Positions 11,001-24,249 of a stretch of 64,000 bases of DNA are shown piece by piece. Where the stretch lies: NCBI GenBank assembly GCA_000320545.1, contig ADNK01001378.1:20158-84157 (forward strand). The letters run 5' to 3'. Source of the stretch: Bigelowiella natans CCMP2755. Taxonomy: Eukaryota; Protista; Cercozoa. The notes beneath the pieces are model-generated. The model saw only the letters and a program-made list of their open reading frames with translations. It did no database searches and was not told the DNA's origin. The translations under genes were made by a program, and so were the position numbers. Within the stretch, counting starts at the first letter, position 1, and each line of letters begins with the position of its first letter.

Positions 11001-14000
11001 CTGAGTGCATAATATATGTTCACAAAATAATGATCATGCAGTTAGAAGAGACATGAAATTCAACAAAAGATTTCGACACCTAAGCTCCATCCATGGGTGC
11101 TATGCAAGAGCCTTAAAAATTTATGGGACCAAATATAAGCTACAATGCAACAAATATTAAATTTTTATTCCTACTTAAGCAAACTATGAGATGCTGAATT
11201 AGAAGAATCCGTTGAGGATGAGTTCTGAGCAGTACTCTACATATCCAATTGTCAGCAATTAAAACTTAATCCAATCGTCCGATAAAACGTACGCCCTTAC
11301 CACAAAAGTGCTTTGAGGAGTATTGAAAGGAGTTTTGATGATCTATGAGGGTCACCAGGCACCACGTTAAGGGATAGTTTTCGTTTGGTGTTCTAAAAGA
11401 TGTACCGATTTGAAGGTACTTTGAGGAGTGTTTTCTGGGGTTGTCGTCGCATCCAAAGGCGTGTTAACTTCCCATTGTCCGTGGTTCTTGGTCGACTTAC
11501 GTGTATCTTTGCGCTTAAAGTCGTCAGGTGAAGGTGCTTGCAAATGCGTCACTTCAAAATCACTCTGACTCTGGAAGGTAGAAAGGTATAATTTGTTGTG
11601 ATTTAAAAATTCAAATTGTTTTTAAATGTTATGTTTATCGCTAATTATAAGTTTGTACGACCCATCGTCTTGGACTCTTAGATTGGCTATCTGAGACATT
11701 GTCCCATTTATCTGATGGCGAGAAAACACCACCAACAGGTGATGCGAGGTTCTGCTCTGGAAGATCCTCAACATTTAATGATGATTTTGCCACGACTGCC
11801 ATGTTCATCCCGACATTTGATTCTCCAGATCCGATTGAACCACATTCGACAGAATCTACTTTTGACTTACTCCGCGACGTCAATGCGAGAGCCCCGGAGG
11901 TACTTTCCATCGAGCTTGCAGAAGTTATCACTTGATTGTCAGATCCTGCTGTTATTGATGCCTGCATGTGATTTTCCGATCCAGCCGTTACCGATGATCC
12001 TTTTAGGGAGGACATAGCTACAGTAAAGACACAACACAACAAATAAAGCAAAGATTCGTTTCAAGTCCGTTCACCTTTTGAAGTAGATGGAGAGCGAATT
12101 CTCCTACGTGACTCTATGAGACTTGACTGAGAACTGTTTGACCCTTCAAAGGAAAAAAATTTAACCTCAAATCTTATTGTCGCTTTCTCAAACTGCCATT
12201 TTACCTCTGCGAGGGGGGGGCGGAGACAATGGGGGTATTCGTGGTGGAGGTGAAGGCGTGGCCCGCCTGGGACTCGTGTCGAATCTCAATTTTGCTTTCG
12301 GGGAATTTCTTGTCGATTTGCTATTCCTGGTAAAATCTTGCGTTCTACTTCTGAGACTCCGTACTTTCTCGTCATATATATGCGCAATTTCCTGAGTCCT
12401 GCTTCTCGCTCGGCTCTGTTGATGTCCTGGATAGTGAAACAGGAGTCAGTGTCTATTCATTCTATTGAATATATGACTGGAAATGAAATGTTCACATTTA
12501 GTGAGAGATACCTTTCGATCTTGATTGAGGGGAGGGAGAAGTAGAGGGAGAGTAAGAACTTTCCTTCCTGCAAGGAGACCTCCTCCGTATGAAACCCTCT
12601 GTCTTACTTTTGCTGGCCCTAGGCTTAAAGGTTTCATTTTGGGGTATGGTCTTCTCTCTTCTATCTGTCGTAACCGATATGCCTATGCCTTTTTCTTCTA
12701 GATTGTACATTATACCAAACATGCAAAGATTTTTGTTTCAAATAGAAAGATAGTCAGTATTGCAATCAGGTTCGTGTTCATTCCCGAATATATCTGATGG
12801 CCAAAATTTTGACTTCACATTAGATATCTCACTATCCCACAGGCTGCCAGCAAGAGAGAACAGTGTTTACTAGTCACTGCCTATTAGTTGTAAATAATGG
12901 ACTGTAATATAAACCTTTTGTATTTTTTAGCATAAATCTTGATCTCAATTTTGAAACCTACAACCACAAAAAAAATATAGGAGCCTTATTCTCTTAAAAT
13001 AGTAATCTGTGCGAATCATGTACTTTGTTTTGCTTTGAATGCCTTTGTTTTTGCTTTCCTGACGTGAAAGACATCTATTAACAGGCAGTTTCTAATTGTG
13101 TTGACTTTTATTTTTCCAACCTGGCAAAGCTTGTGGACTTGCACTATACGGTCTACCGTTCTGGCTCTTAATACTCTTGACGGGTCTTGAAAATACGATT
13201 TTCTTGTTTTTATCCCAAGGGGAGTCACGATTGATTAATACAGCCGACGTTGAGTTTGTGCTGTTCATTGTAAATGATTGCATGCTCATTAAAAATATTC
13301 ACATATGTGAATGCTCAATTTATTAAGTTATCTTCTATATTTTTTGGGAGAGCTTACATTTTATCAACGAGTGCGCCTTTGTTGTCATGGTTTATCTTTA
13401 CATTTACTTGACGCCTACTTCTATTTTAGATTTTGCGTTAGTTAAACAATATTTTCGGAACAAATTAGACCCACCCAATCATGTCAACTTTAGCGACTGA
13501 GTTTGCTTGCCCTGTTCCCAGAGCGTTACAAGCTTTCGTCCATTTTAGAATTTCATCTAAATTTGCCATTATTTAAGAATTTTTGAGTGATCCCTTTGGA
13601 AATAAACCTACGCATCCACCTGTGCATTTGCTTGCTATTTGCAATTGCTTATCCGAGGTCGTCCAAACTGATTATTTTAAACTGTAAGATACAAACTAAT
13701 TTAAGTTTTTCATCAATTACGTTCAAATACTCGCCAGGTTCTCTTCAAACCGGTATCAGACTTGATATTTTTTATCTGATGACGTGAACCATATGGCGTG
13801 ATTCAATAAAACACACTGAACAAAGGTTTATTAATTCGCAAATATTTTTACCTTTTTGGCACTTGAAATTCGAAACACAAAACTTGGAAGTATTTCCTGA
13901 TTTGTGGATTGCAAAGTTAATTCTGTTCCTCGAGAATTTATCCCCGGCAAACCTTGCTAGTTTCTTTCCATTTCGGATGTACAACTTGAGATATAGAAAG

Positions 14001-14490
14001 TGTCCCATCCACAAAGCTTACTGCCCTTTCGCTCCAAGCCGAGCACCTCACGTCAGCAGCAAACATCAATTTTGTCACCATTAAAACTCTGGATGTTGAC
14101 GCTCACGGCATTGCAGCATCCTCAGAACGAGCAATTTTGTGCGGCAGGTAGACATCTCACAGTCTATGAACATACCCTACATCCCTGAAAAGAATAAGAG
14201 ACGAAGAGAATCCCCTGGGAGGGCTCCTCTGTGCCATCGTCCCTGTTGTTGGAGTTTGGAAACAATGCAGAACAATGCATGCGATTTTCTATGCGCGACA
14301 CAAATCTACCGGTGATCCGAGGGAATCTTTTTCGCTCTTCCAGCACAATCCTCAGCACCGTGCGGAGACGGCAGCGTTTATTATCGCGACAGACATTATC
14401 GCTTGTCGCTTAATCAAACCTTATCGTGTTTTTGAGTTAACGTACGGGCGAGTATTTGATGGCGGATGTTGTCCTGCGACATGGACATCG
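8018..14490 (-). CDS. large signalling protein: N-terminal PH-like region, Ser/Pro-rich linker, RGS, DEP and split PH domain (may be two genes)
   Basis: RGS: FSQYLLQQHAAESLNFLDAVEAY...IIGEFLAENAPQQLNVS...LLERDSFMRF. DEP: SFYGHDFVTWLV...SRERAVLIGQRMMDNGMF. Final exon IRWIEAFRSVG...SK* (TAG at 8018). Upstream GT-AG exons include DEILKWTKACNAL, a PH helix, near 13500-13560. Linkage of the 10.2-14.5 kb exons to the RGS part is less certain. Confidence 0.7.
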
Positions 14491-14660
14491 TAGCGATTGT
14501 CATCAACTTTGGATGAATTGGAATGGCGGACGTTGTCAACCGCTGACCCTGACTAATTTGCACGGACGCGAACTGGACCTTGAAGTTTATACTCACCTTC
14601 TTACAATTTCAAATTCCCTCCTTTCGACTATTCACGAATTTGGTACTAGAGGAACAAGCA

Positions 14661-17600
14661 ATGGACTACAAACACGGACGATCATCGGTTGGGCATATTG
14701 AGAGAAAGGGAGCGCTGGACGGGGAGTCCGTGACATCGGTAGTGATGGTCTATGGTCGATACCCTCTCTAATAGCAAGGAAGTTGCAAATCAAGAAACTC
14801 TTATGAATTAAACCACTTCCACTCATTCTGTATTTCTATATCAGTAACATATTTAAATTTATATCAGGATAATAGAGCTTCGATAACTATGAGAGAGAGC
14901 AGATTGTCCGATTATTCCTCTCAAGCTTTCCTCAATGGCAGCGAAACAAAAATCAGAGCGAAGACACGACCAAAAGTTGTTATTATTGTGACCACAATAT
15001 AAGGCACAAAAATGGTGATACATTATCCATGTTAGGAACGATACTTGTCGGATTCTCGCCATGCGCTCGCTTCGACAATAACAGAAACGGGCACACCACC
15101 AGATGGGACGACCAAGACTGGAGAGACAAAGACAAAACATAACAGGAACGAAAGACAAGATGAAAATACTTCCTCTTCAGATTCAGAGTCTTCAGAGATG
15201 GAAGTTAAAGACGTGGAGAAAGCTTGCATACTCGAGAAAAAGGCACCATGGTTCAATAAATATAGATTATAAAGCGTTATTCCCGCTTTATTGTGTACAG
15301 GCAAAAGATGCAAAGGCTAAAAAAGAAAATCGAGCGAAGAGAACTTTCGCCTTTAAGTAATTTAAATATAAATTTAAGTCATCTTCGTATTTCACCCCAT
15401 TGTGTTTACAGTATCAACACAATACGAATCAAGTTTTTAAATAAGGTACAACATTTCAATCCACGATAGGGAATACTAATTTATAGTTTACAGTATAACT
15501 ATGGAGGAATATTCTTGGAGTTTGAAGTTGGAGGATTGCGAAGAGAGGTATTCTGGAATATGTATGCACACCAATAAAGTTGCAATGTTTTTGCTTTCTC
15601 TGAAAAGGTTTCGTCGGCAACAGAGGTGGAAGAAAAAACGGTAATTCGGATAATATGCCCAAATATCTCATCTAATGAACATTTCCGGAATTTATCGCAG
15701 ATCAAAAAGAAGCATGAAACAAAAGATGGAAAGGGCCATCAAGAGGAATTTGAAGCGAAGATTACGGAACCCAAAAAAATGATTGAAGTAAAGTTTGTCT
15801 ATGTGTCACTAAACAACGATAATTTAAGATGATGAGTCACATTCTCCATAATTTAGATAATTCGACGGCCTGCCAAGAAATATTATACCCGGATTGTGCA
15901 GGCATTTTTGTCCACTGAAGACCATGTGAATCAACATCAACATAATGTCCTAATGTAGATCGCAAATTTGACGAGGGACACAGATGAACCAGTCACATTC
16001 CGAAATCATGCAGTATGGCAAAATATATCATCAATTCACAAATAGTCTTATTCCATGTAATTGATAACTTTAAAAGGTTACTGGTGAATGGACAGGTCCT
16101 CACTTGCCGTTTTAGTCCTGAATAATGCACCATCATGCATTGCAGAATCCTTAACTATTCCCTAGGTAGTTACGATCAGCTTGAAGAAGATACTTTGACT
16201 CTCCGCATATACCAAGCAAGAACTTTAATGGCGAATGTATTGATTGGTAGTTCGACAGATTTATTGCTTTTTAGTAGCTAAAATGTTTTATGTGTAGGAG
16301 AGGGGTCAATTAGACTCGTAGATGTGGCAAAAGGAAAGGTGCTGCAAAAATAACATTACGATCTACCTAAGGTCCGCCTAAGGTTACAAATAAAATATAA
16401 GGTAGATCAAGAGATGATAGTATTTCGAAGGACGGAGATTGAGGAGGCAAGAAAGGAGGCTGTGTGCCAAGCATATTATAAATTTGAACTTGAGGAACTG
16501 TTCGATTTCAAGCTTAAGTTCCAAGACTGGGAAATGCAAGTATATCGAAATTTATTCTTTTTCGTAGGTTCTAAAACTTGAAATTGTTAGTTATCTAGAG
16601 GTCTGGAGCCCTTGACTTGTGAAGAATGCTGCGCGTTTGGATATGGTAGTGGATGGTAGTGGAGTAAAATGTGAAACCTGAATCACATGTATGTGTGTAT
16701 ATGTATATGTGTATATGAAGTGCTATTTCATATCTTCACGTTCAAATCACTCGCTCTCACGGTGACGTTGTTCGTTGTTGGGGAATCCAAAGGCAATTAT
16801 TACACCCAACCCTCCATGGCAGTGGCTATATCAGTTGTGGTAATCAACAACTTAATCAATGTTCTCTGATCAGACGCTATATTTAATGCGGTAATCAAAT
16901 CAGAATTCTCACCTATGCTGCTATTTCATACCTTATCAAGCATTTCCGGTGAAGATCATATCCAAACTCTGAGAAATAATCATAACATATTTTCAATGTG
17001 CAATAGAGTTTTATCCCCTGTATTCCACGAAGACAATCTACTCACCTTTGGATGCATCACCATGCCAACAAATGGGGATCAAGACTCGAGGGAAGGTCAC
17101 TGATTGCTCATCATAAGCCAAAAAATGTGCTTCCTCATAGTTTATTCGACTCATCTTCAATTTAGGAGCACCGTCGCCGAAGTCAGTTTTTACGGAACTC
17201 GGTGACAACATATTTGTGTTGATTTTTCTCCAAAATAAAAACTCTTTTCTTAGGTCTGCTCTTGAGAATGACAGACTCGACATTTCAATAATTAAAGGCC
17301 ATTACTGTAACTTCAACACTTTTTACCCCTTTATTCAGTTCATGACTAAATTACCTATCTAAGGCGGATCTTTTTGTGCACGAATGGATTTGTTTTTCCT
17401 TTGCCATGGTCCAATTCTTGGGGAGGTAGCATCTCAAATTCGGTTTTTTCGTTTTGTCAATAATCTTAATCATTCTACAAATTCAAATAGAACACCTATT
17501 CCCTTCAAGGAAAGTTGGATTACGGGTAAATGAACATTGAAATATCATTTTTTTCAATCAAATGGGATAACGTATGTGTATTTGATCAGGTATATCGTCG

Positions 17601-20600
17601 ATCCGAAATTTCATCTTATCAACAAATCTGCATCGACGATTGCATGCATATTTTCGCCTATCATTACTGCTTGGGATTTTTGCGCCGGTAGCAAGCAAAT
17701 TCGATCATTTCATTTTGCCATATTAAGAGTTGTTGTATCAAAACACCACAGCTCGATGTACTCCAAAGCAACATGCTATCTATCATCATTCGGGCCTGGT
17801 CAAAGGTTGGAAATTTAATAAATTAGGACTCTACTAACTTGTCGCTTCATTTTTAGGTGTTATACGCTCTGAAGAAGAACCGAGGCAAGCAGATGTTTTG
17901 ATATCTAATACACTAGTTTAGTATTTTCTAACAAACTTAGATATCGACAACTTGGAAATGTGGGACGGCCTTCTGGAGCCAATAAGTTTCTCAGGTTTCA
18001 CAACACAAACTACTTTCACCAGGAAGAATAAAGTCTCAATTACATTCCTAGATTTCAAATTGGAAAGCGTGACTTATATTTGGCGGTGAAGATTGTCAGA
18101 GCGAAAGGGCTGGTGGGTCTTTGAATAGTTATGTCAGCCACCTTTCAACAATTTGAAATGTTTCTTTTAGATCTCACTGACAGAATATAAAGAGAGTTTA
18201 TGTCCCAGCGTGACCGTAGATTGGGCTCAAACAAGGAGGTACCTCATTTCATATTCGTCATAAATGGACAATCAAGAGCCATATAAACAAAAGAGATTAA
18301 CCAAATATTATTTTGATACATGGCATGCCGCCGTAGGGAAACTCGCATTCATCGTGATGATCCAGAGCCATTTTTTGATGAATGGGTATACTTTCGCGTG
18401 CCAAGGGATGCAAAAAATGAAAATAAGGTGAAGTACAGAGCTCCATATTCATAGAAATGGAATGTGTACGAGTAAATTCTATAGAATATTAACACAACAG
18501 CAATCCATGTTAAAATGTAAATTCTATCATCTGAAGATTCCTGAAGCGCTAGCAGATTTTGGACCTTTTGGTGCGGGCTCCAAAGTAAATCTGCATATTT
18601 TCAACAATTCTAAGCATTAGAATTTCATACTAAATTTTGGTTACGAGGTTCTTATAAACGTTTGGGACAACGCTGCGTTTTCTAAGCTCCCTCTTGGTTT
18701 CTGCGAGATTGATTTCAATGCAATATATGAGCAGCGAAAGCAAATGCTAGTAGAATCAGCAACAACATTAGGTAATATGAGTAATTTGCTGTCCCGTGAA
18801 ATCTTGCTTCGTTACTTAACCTTTTCGCTGTGCTCAATCCTCCGTAGGTGTACACATATCGAGATATGTGTTCTGTCAAAAATTCAAACTGAAGGTTAAG
18901 CAAAAGATATCATTTGTCCTTCCTCTACAAAGTTATAAATCTTAGGTGCCAAAACTGAAACAAGGAGAACTGCCGAGAATTTTTCCTTGCAACGAAGCAT
19001 AGAGGTCCAACTCTTGCAAGAGTTATACAAATATCTTACTGATGTGGTTATATTGTTTAGATCATGGCGTACTTTGATATGGGCAGTAGAAGAGTTGGGC
19101 CTCCCAAGAGAGATTTCACTTTCGGGTTTTGTGACTTTGACATAACTGAAGTGACGTTTGCAACGTCGTATCTGCATCTATGGCGGCTATGGTTTAACAA
19201 AATACCTTTTTATAATTCTGTTAAAACAACTATGTGATGTCAAAGTCCCCATTTGAAGAAAAAGGAGCAAGGCAAAGGTAACGTTCGTTGAAGCTGTCTT
19301 ATACCCACTAAAATGTAAAATCTACAAATTTATATAGGGCATGAAACTGACACCAAGGAGGAAGATATTCCAAATAAGAGACTTCAAGGAATATCTGAAA
19401 AACATTTCAAACAGGTTTGAAAATTGAATACATTTTTATTCTCTCTGAACCGAATGTCTTTGTAAGGCTAGGGACTATTGGGTGCAGGCACTTGCACACG
19501 TTCCTGAAGCCAGGTTGGAGTATGTCCGTACAAGCAACGTGTTTATGATTTACTCCTTTTTCTCCCTAGTGACCGATGCTTTGCGTTCTGTGGAATTGAT
19601 GAGTAAGCAAATCATGAGATTTTCTCCATTTGACAACGTGAAGATGACGCGTACGCTGAAAATTTAGATATAGTGGAGAGCTACACTACCTACCTTCGTT
19701 CATCACTCGGATCATACCTCCTGCGCAGATACAACAGCCTTCTAATGTTCTAAACTTCGTAATTCTATCAGTTATATCCTTTGAAACCTATCATTTAGCT
19801 TCATTGTGAAATTATCCTTCAAGGTTCACTCTATCGAAGTTGTAAATCGTCGAAATGGCAAGGTTTATGAGAAGGCAAAGGCGACAATGGAAAAGCTTGG
19901 AGGTTACGGAGATTTAAAGGTGATTCTCTCGATTTTATTTTGGTCATCACCGAGCTTTTGATAGAAATGAAATTTCAAGATTTGGTCCGATCCATGGAAC
20001 TTTTTGGACAAACGGAGAGGCGACCATAATGATCACGCAGTGCTCCTTGCAAATTTTTTACTCGGGTACTTTTCTTAATTGTAAAAGTCCCAGTATCACA
20101 ATGTGATTCTTCTCTTCTTGTCCTTAGCAACATGTTCAACGCGTACGTGTGCATCGGTAAGAGTACTTGCTCATAAAGTGTAGTTTGTTTTTTGAGAATT
20201 CCCCTGTAGGTCGTGTGAGAGTAAAGGGAAGAGGCGCACAGCTCGAACAACGTGAGTTTAATTCAGTGTAGAAATACTATTGACTAGAATAAAACTTGTT
20301 AGAATAAATTAAAATGTAGGAAGAGGACGCAAGAATAAACACAAAAAGCTGAACAAAGATGATAGAAAGGCCATTCCGGAACGATCCGAGCCTCATGTTT
20401 GGGTTCCAAGTGTATTTAATGACACATGACGATGCATGTTAGTAGATTTTGGTTGTAAATTAATCAGGTAATGACGTTAGAGGATGAGGACCAAAATCAA
20501 AACCCTCCATTTTTCAGAACGGTAACAGATAGATAATTAAATTATCATTTTTTACAAGGTCCTTGCCTTCAGGTTCGATTCTGGGAGCCATCCAACGGGA

Positions 20601-23125
20601 GGACGTGGGTTTTATTTGTTAATTCATTCAAATATGTCACCAGCGTACTTAGCTGGTACATTTTTAAATTTATTTTGGACAGGTATGTTCGAATGAACCC
20701 TCCGCGAGGCAAAAACGATAAAATATCAATTGGAAGGCATAAATATCCGGTATAAGATTTTTTGCTTTCATTTTGCACGTATCATTAATTGGAAAATATA
20801 ATCATACACAATTACACAAGATAAAGGAGATTCAAGATGAAGATCTTTTGCAAAAGAACCTCGATTTGGTTAGATTGTTTGTTCAATTCTGAATGAAACT
20901 CATATCACATCTTTGGTTTTGTCAAAGGCAAAGGATGGTGATAGCGATGGCGATAGTGACTATAACGACAACTGCGACTATGCTGTGGAAGAATCAAAAG
21001 TATCACGCGACGAAATATGTGCACACAGAGCTTTCCATCTTAATATATTCATGCGAATGACATGAATAGGTAAAGTCTCGCATTCGTTATGAGAGGGAAA
21101 AAGTTCGCTTCTTGCATCAACTTCAAAAGGGGCTATCGGTTTAATTGAGAAACAGCTGGAAATTTGCATATCCATCTAATCTATTGCAACTTAGGTTGAT
21201 CGAGATACAAAAGCATACGAAGAATATTTCGAACAATGGTCTCAGATTACTAATAAAAATTGGGAGGTGTTAATTCAGACTTTTTCCGCTTCAGCTGATG
21301 TCTTATATTATGCGACTAGTCCAACATGATAATGAGTTCTTTCCAGGACAAAATGAATCCGCCAGAATATATTCATCCTGAAGAAGACTCGACTCCATAC
21401 ACTTCCATTGACGTGGTATCGGACACACATACTTCATATATTGTCAATGTGTTCACACGACATATCCTCGTTATAAAGGTTTTTAATAACCATACTCTCT
21501 ACGCTAATCTTCAAGCGCGTCATCCTCATAAGATCCAAGTAAGAATTGCATACTCTTTCATATGTGTATTTTGAATCGTCTTAGCTAATTTTAAATGACT
21601 GACTAATAATCATATGTAAATAATGTGTTCGTTTTTGGTGCGGGTGGAAATTTAGTACGACCTATGCAACCCAGATAGATGGGTTTCATTTCGTGGAGAA
21701 AAGGATCAAAGCGGAATAGATGTACATTGAATTTGAATTTCACAGCCGAATTCTGATGTCTGAGAATTATTAGAGTGGAGGTGGAGAGCAATACTTTTGG
21801 AGAAAGGGTGAATGAAAATTGTCTTCTTACAATTCCGAGGTCTTCTTAATAGAAGAGGATATAATTAGGGACAAGGAAATGCACTCAATTCTATCCAGAT
21901 AAAACTATGATCTCAGCAAAGGTTATACTTGACAACATTCTTACTGATGTACATTGAACTTTTATTCTTTTTAGTCAACTAGGGAGGATTCAGCAGCAAA
22001 GGAGAACGAGCTACAGGATGTCCTCAAGGGCTCAATACAAGTACTCTAATATATATATCAAGTTTGTTTCTACCAAAGAAGCTAGATCCAAATCCCAACT
22101 TTATCTCCAGGCTTTCCGAACCTTCGAGATGATGGAAACAGAGTTTTATGATCGATTCGAATTCCAAGCGCATCTTGTCGGGGACAACCACGATGCGGTA
22201 GTGATTTGAAATGCATACATAGTCAGAGGATTTACTTAGCCATAATTGGATAATTTGTGAGTCGTTTTCTGTTTTGCACTAAATCAATTTAGAGTCACTA
22301 TATACGGAAGCGTTTGCGTAAGGAGCTTGATCTTGGAAATAGGTACGATAAACCTCATTGAATCTAAGAACACTGTTTAATACACAAAGTAGCTACTGCA
22401 CAAATGTAAAAGAAGTGCTACGAAATATATGCAAAATTAGGTGTGGATCCCTAGTTAGAATGGAACGGAAGGCGAAACAGGTGAGTTTTTGCAAGTGAGC
22501 TTTTTGCAACAAGTTGCATGTAAGAACTCATTTATTAGATATTTTTAAACTATTCGAAGGAGAGTGCAGAAACGAACCTAGGAATATTCAGAGAAATCTG
22601 GCAAAATGAAATTATAGAAGCTCTTCCTGAAGTAAGTACATTTGAATTAAGGTTCTATTATCATTTTCTAATTTTCTACGTATTTATTCGACCAGAATCG
22701 AGTTTTCTCAGAGATGGTGTTTCATTTCAAGCATGCGAATACTTCCAAAATCTCTGATGTGGTCAGATATATTGATTAGCATGCGAATACTTCCAAAATC
22801 TCTGATGTGGTCAGATATATTGATTAAATATCCGAGAGAGCCGTTCGTGTGTACAAGTTGATGTGTTATTTCTCCTCCAAATACTGTTTCCAATTCGCAG
22901 ATAATCACCAAAATTGCCGATTCCCTCTTGCGGAAGCCAGACAAGCTAAAACCAAAATATGCGGTCTATGAAAATTTAAAGATTATTACTTAAGATTCAA
23001 ACCGAACATATGACGAACAATGTGGTTCCATGTAGGTTGGAGTGAAAATCAAAAGACTTCCAGGAATGATTTCGCCACTAGCAATAATGATATGCTGCAG
23101 TCACCTCAAGGAGATATACCATTAA
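14661..23125 (+). CDS. large multi-C2 domain CEP76/CC2D2A-family protein with transglutaminase-like domain; many short introns
   Basis: Spliced segments: YLAVKIVRAKGL, PSVTVDW, EPFFDEWVYFRVP, INVWDNAAFSKLPLGFCEIDF (C2); IWSDPWNFLDKRRGDHNDHAVLLANFLLG, NAYVCIG, EPHVWVMTL, VRFWEPSNG, PYTSIDVVFNNHTLYANLQ; C-terminus YAVGVKIKRLPGMISPLAIMICC...* (TAA 23123-23125). These parallel CEP76 GDCEDHANLLCSLLLG / HAWVMT / FWE / PYRTIGCVFN motifs. Start inferred (MDYKHG). Confidence 0.75.
22730..22825. repeat. perfect 48-bp tandem duplication across an exon/5' splice site
   Basis: agcatgcgaatacttccaaaatctctgatgtggtcagatatattgatt occurs at 22730-22777 and 22778-22825. Confidence 0.95.
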
Positions 23126-24180
23126 TTCATTGTGCTGAATCTGCAATTTACTCGAAGTTATTCGGATACAATGTCCATGCTGTCATGGTTTGTGTGAAGA
23201 TCTCATTGATGACTCGAGCTAGCGCTAGCTGGGAACATGCTAGCATGTATCACTGCATGGTTGCACGCATGCCATTTTCGATCGCGCATTCACGTGCTCG
23301 TGATGTAAAAGAGGCCAACGCAAGTGCGCGAAGCGCTTCCGTTGCTGGCGGCAGTTGCAGAGCAACGGCGCGCTCCGTGCAGAACGCCCCAAAAAATGCG
23401 GCTTGTCCCTCTGCACATGCCAGTTTCTGAGGATTTTTAGCGCATTTTGTAATGGAGCAAACATTATCTGTCGATTCTGATTATATCTCATCATGACTAC
23501 AACATTGAGAGCCACATACCGGCGTTTGTATTAGCGTGAACATCGTAATTAAAACTGAATAAATGTAGTTCTATCTATACAAATTCTGCGAAGTCACTGA
23601 GGTTTTACTAGTACTACCGAACATACACAATTGTGTATACAATATGTGCTAACAGAACCAAGAAGAATCCGTCGTAGAGCAGTTTTCCCTTTCATATTAA
23701 GCCGGTGTCATGGCAATATATATAAACACGAAGGAAATACATTAGATCGCATCATTTCGAAAAATTCACTCCAGTCATATCAGAGAACTCTTCTTACTCT
23801 TATGGATCTCTATTCATAACACTGTGCAAATTGCTTGAATATTAAGTGACTGAACCTCGGCTGGACAGTATGACCATGTCAGCATTCTCGTTTTCAGCAT
23901 GCCTGATGCAAGTATCTGTCTGTTATGTCGATGACTTCCCCAAAGCGTGGACGGAGTCTTAAGTGAACAGGCGCATGTTAATATTAGACGACCCGCGGGG
24001 GGGGAATGTTAGAGATGGCTACGCCACGGTCAAGCTACAAGGCTATAGGCTCACTTGCATATTTGATGTGTTGGCCTTCCACACTGCACAACCGGAGTGG
24101 CATCTAGCCCTACAGGTTTGTATATAAACAAATACACACATACACACACACACACACACAGACAGACACGCACAAACACA

Positions 24181-24219
<39 letters not shown>

Positions 24220-24249
24220 TTTCATAGCAATCTTGTGGCAATACGGTGG

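Noticed and set aside
22730-22825. Direct repeat as a CRISPR array
   Set aside because: Two adjacent copies with no spacer, in a eukaryotic gene.
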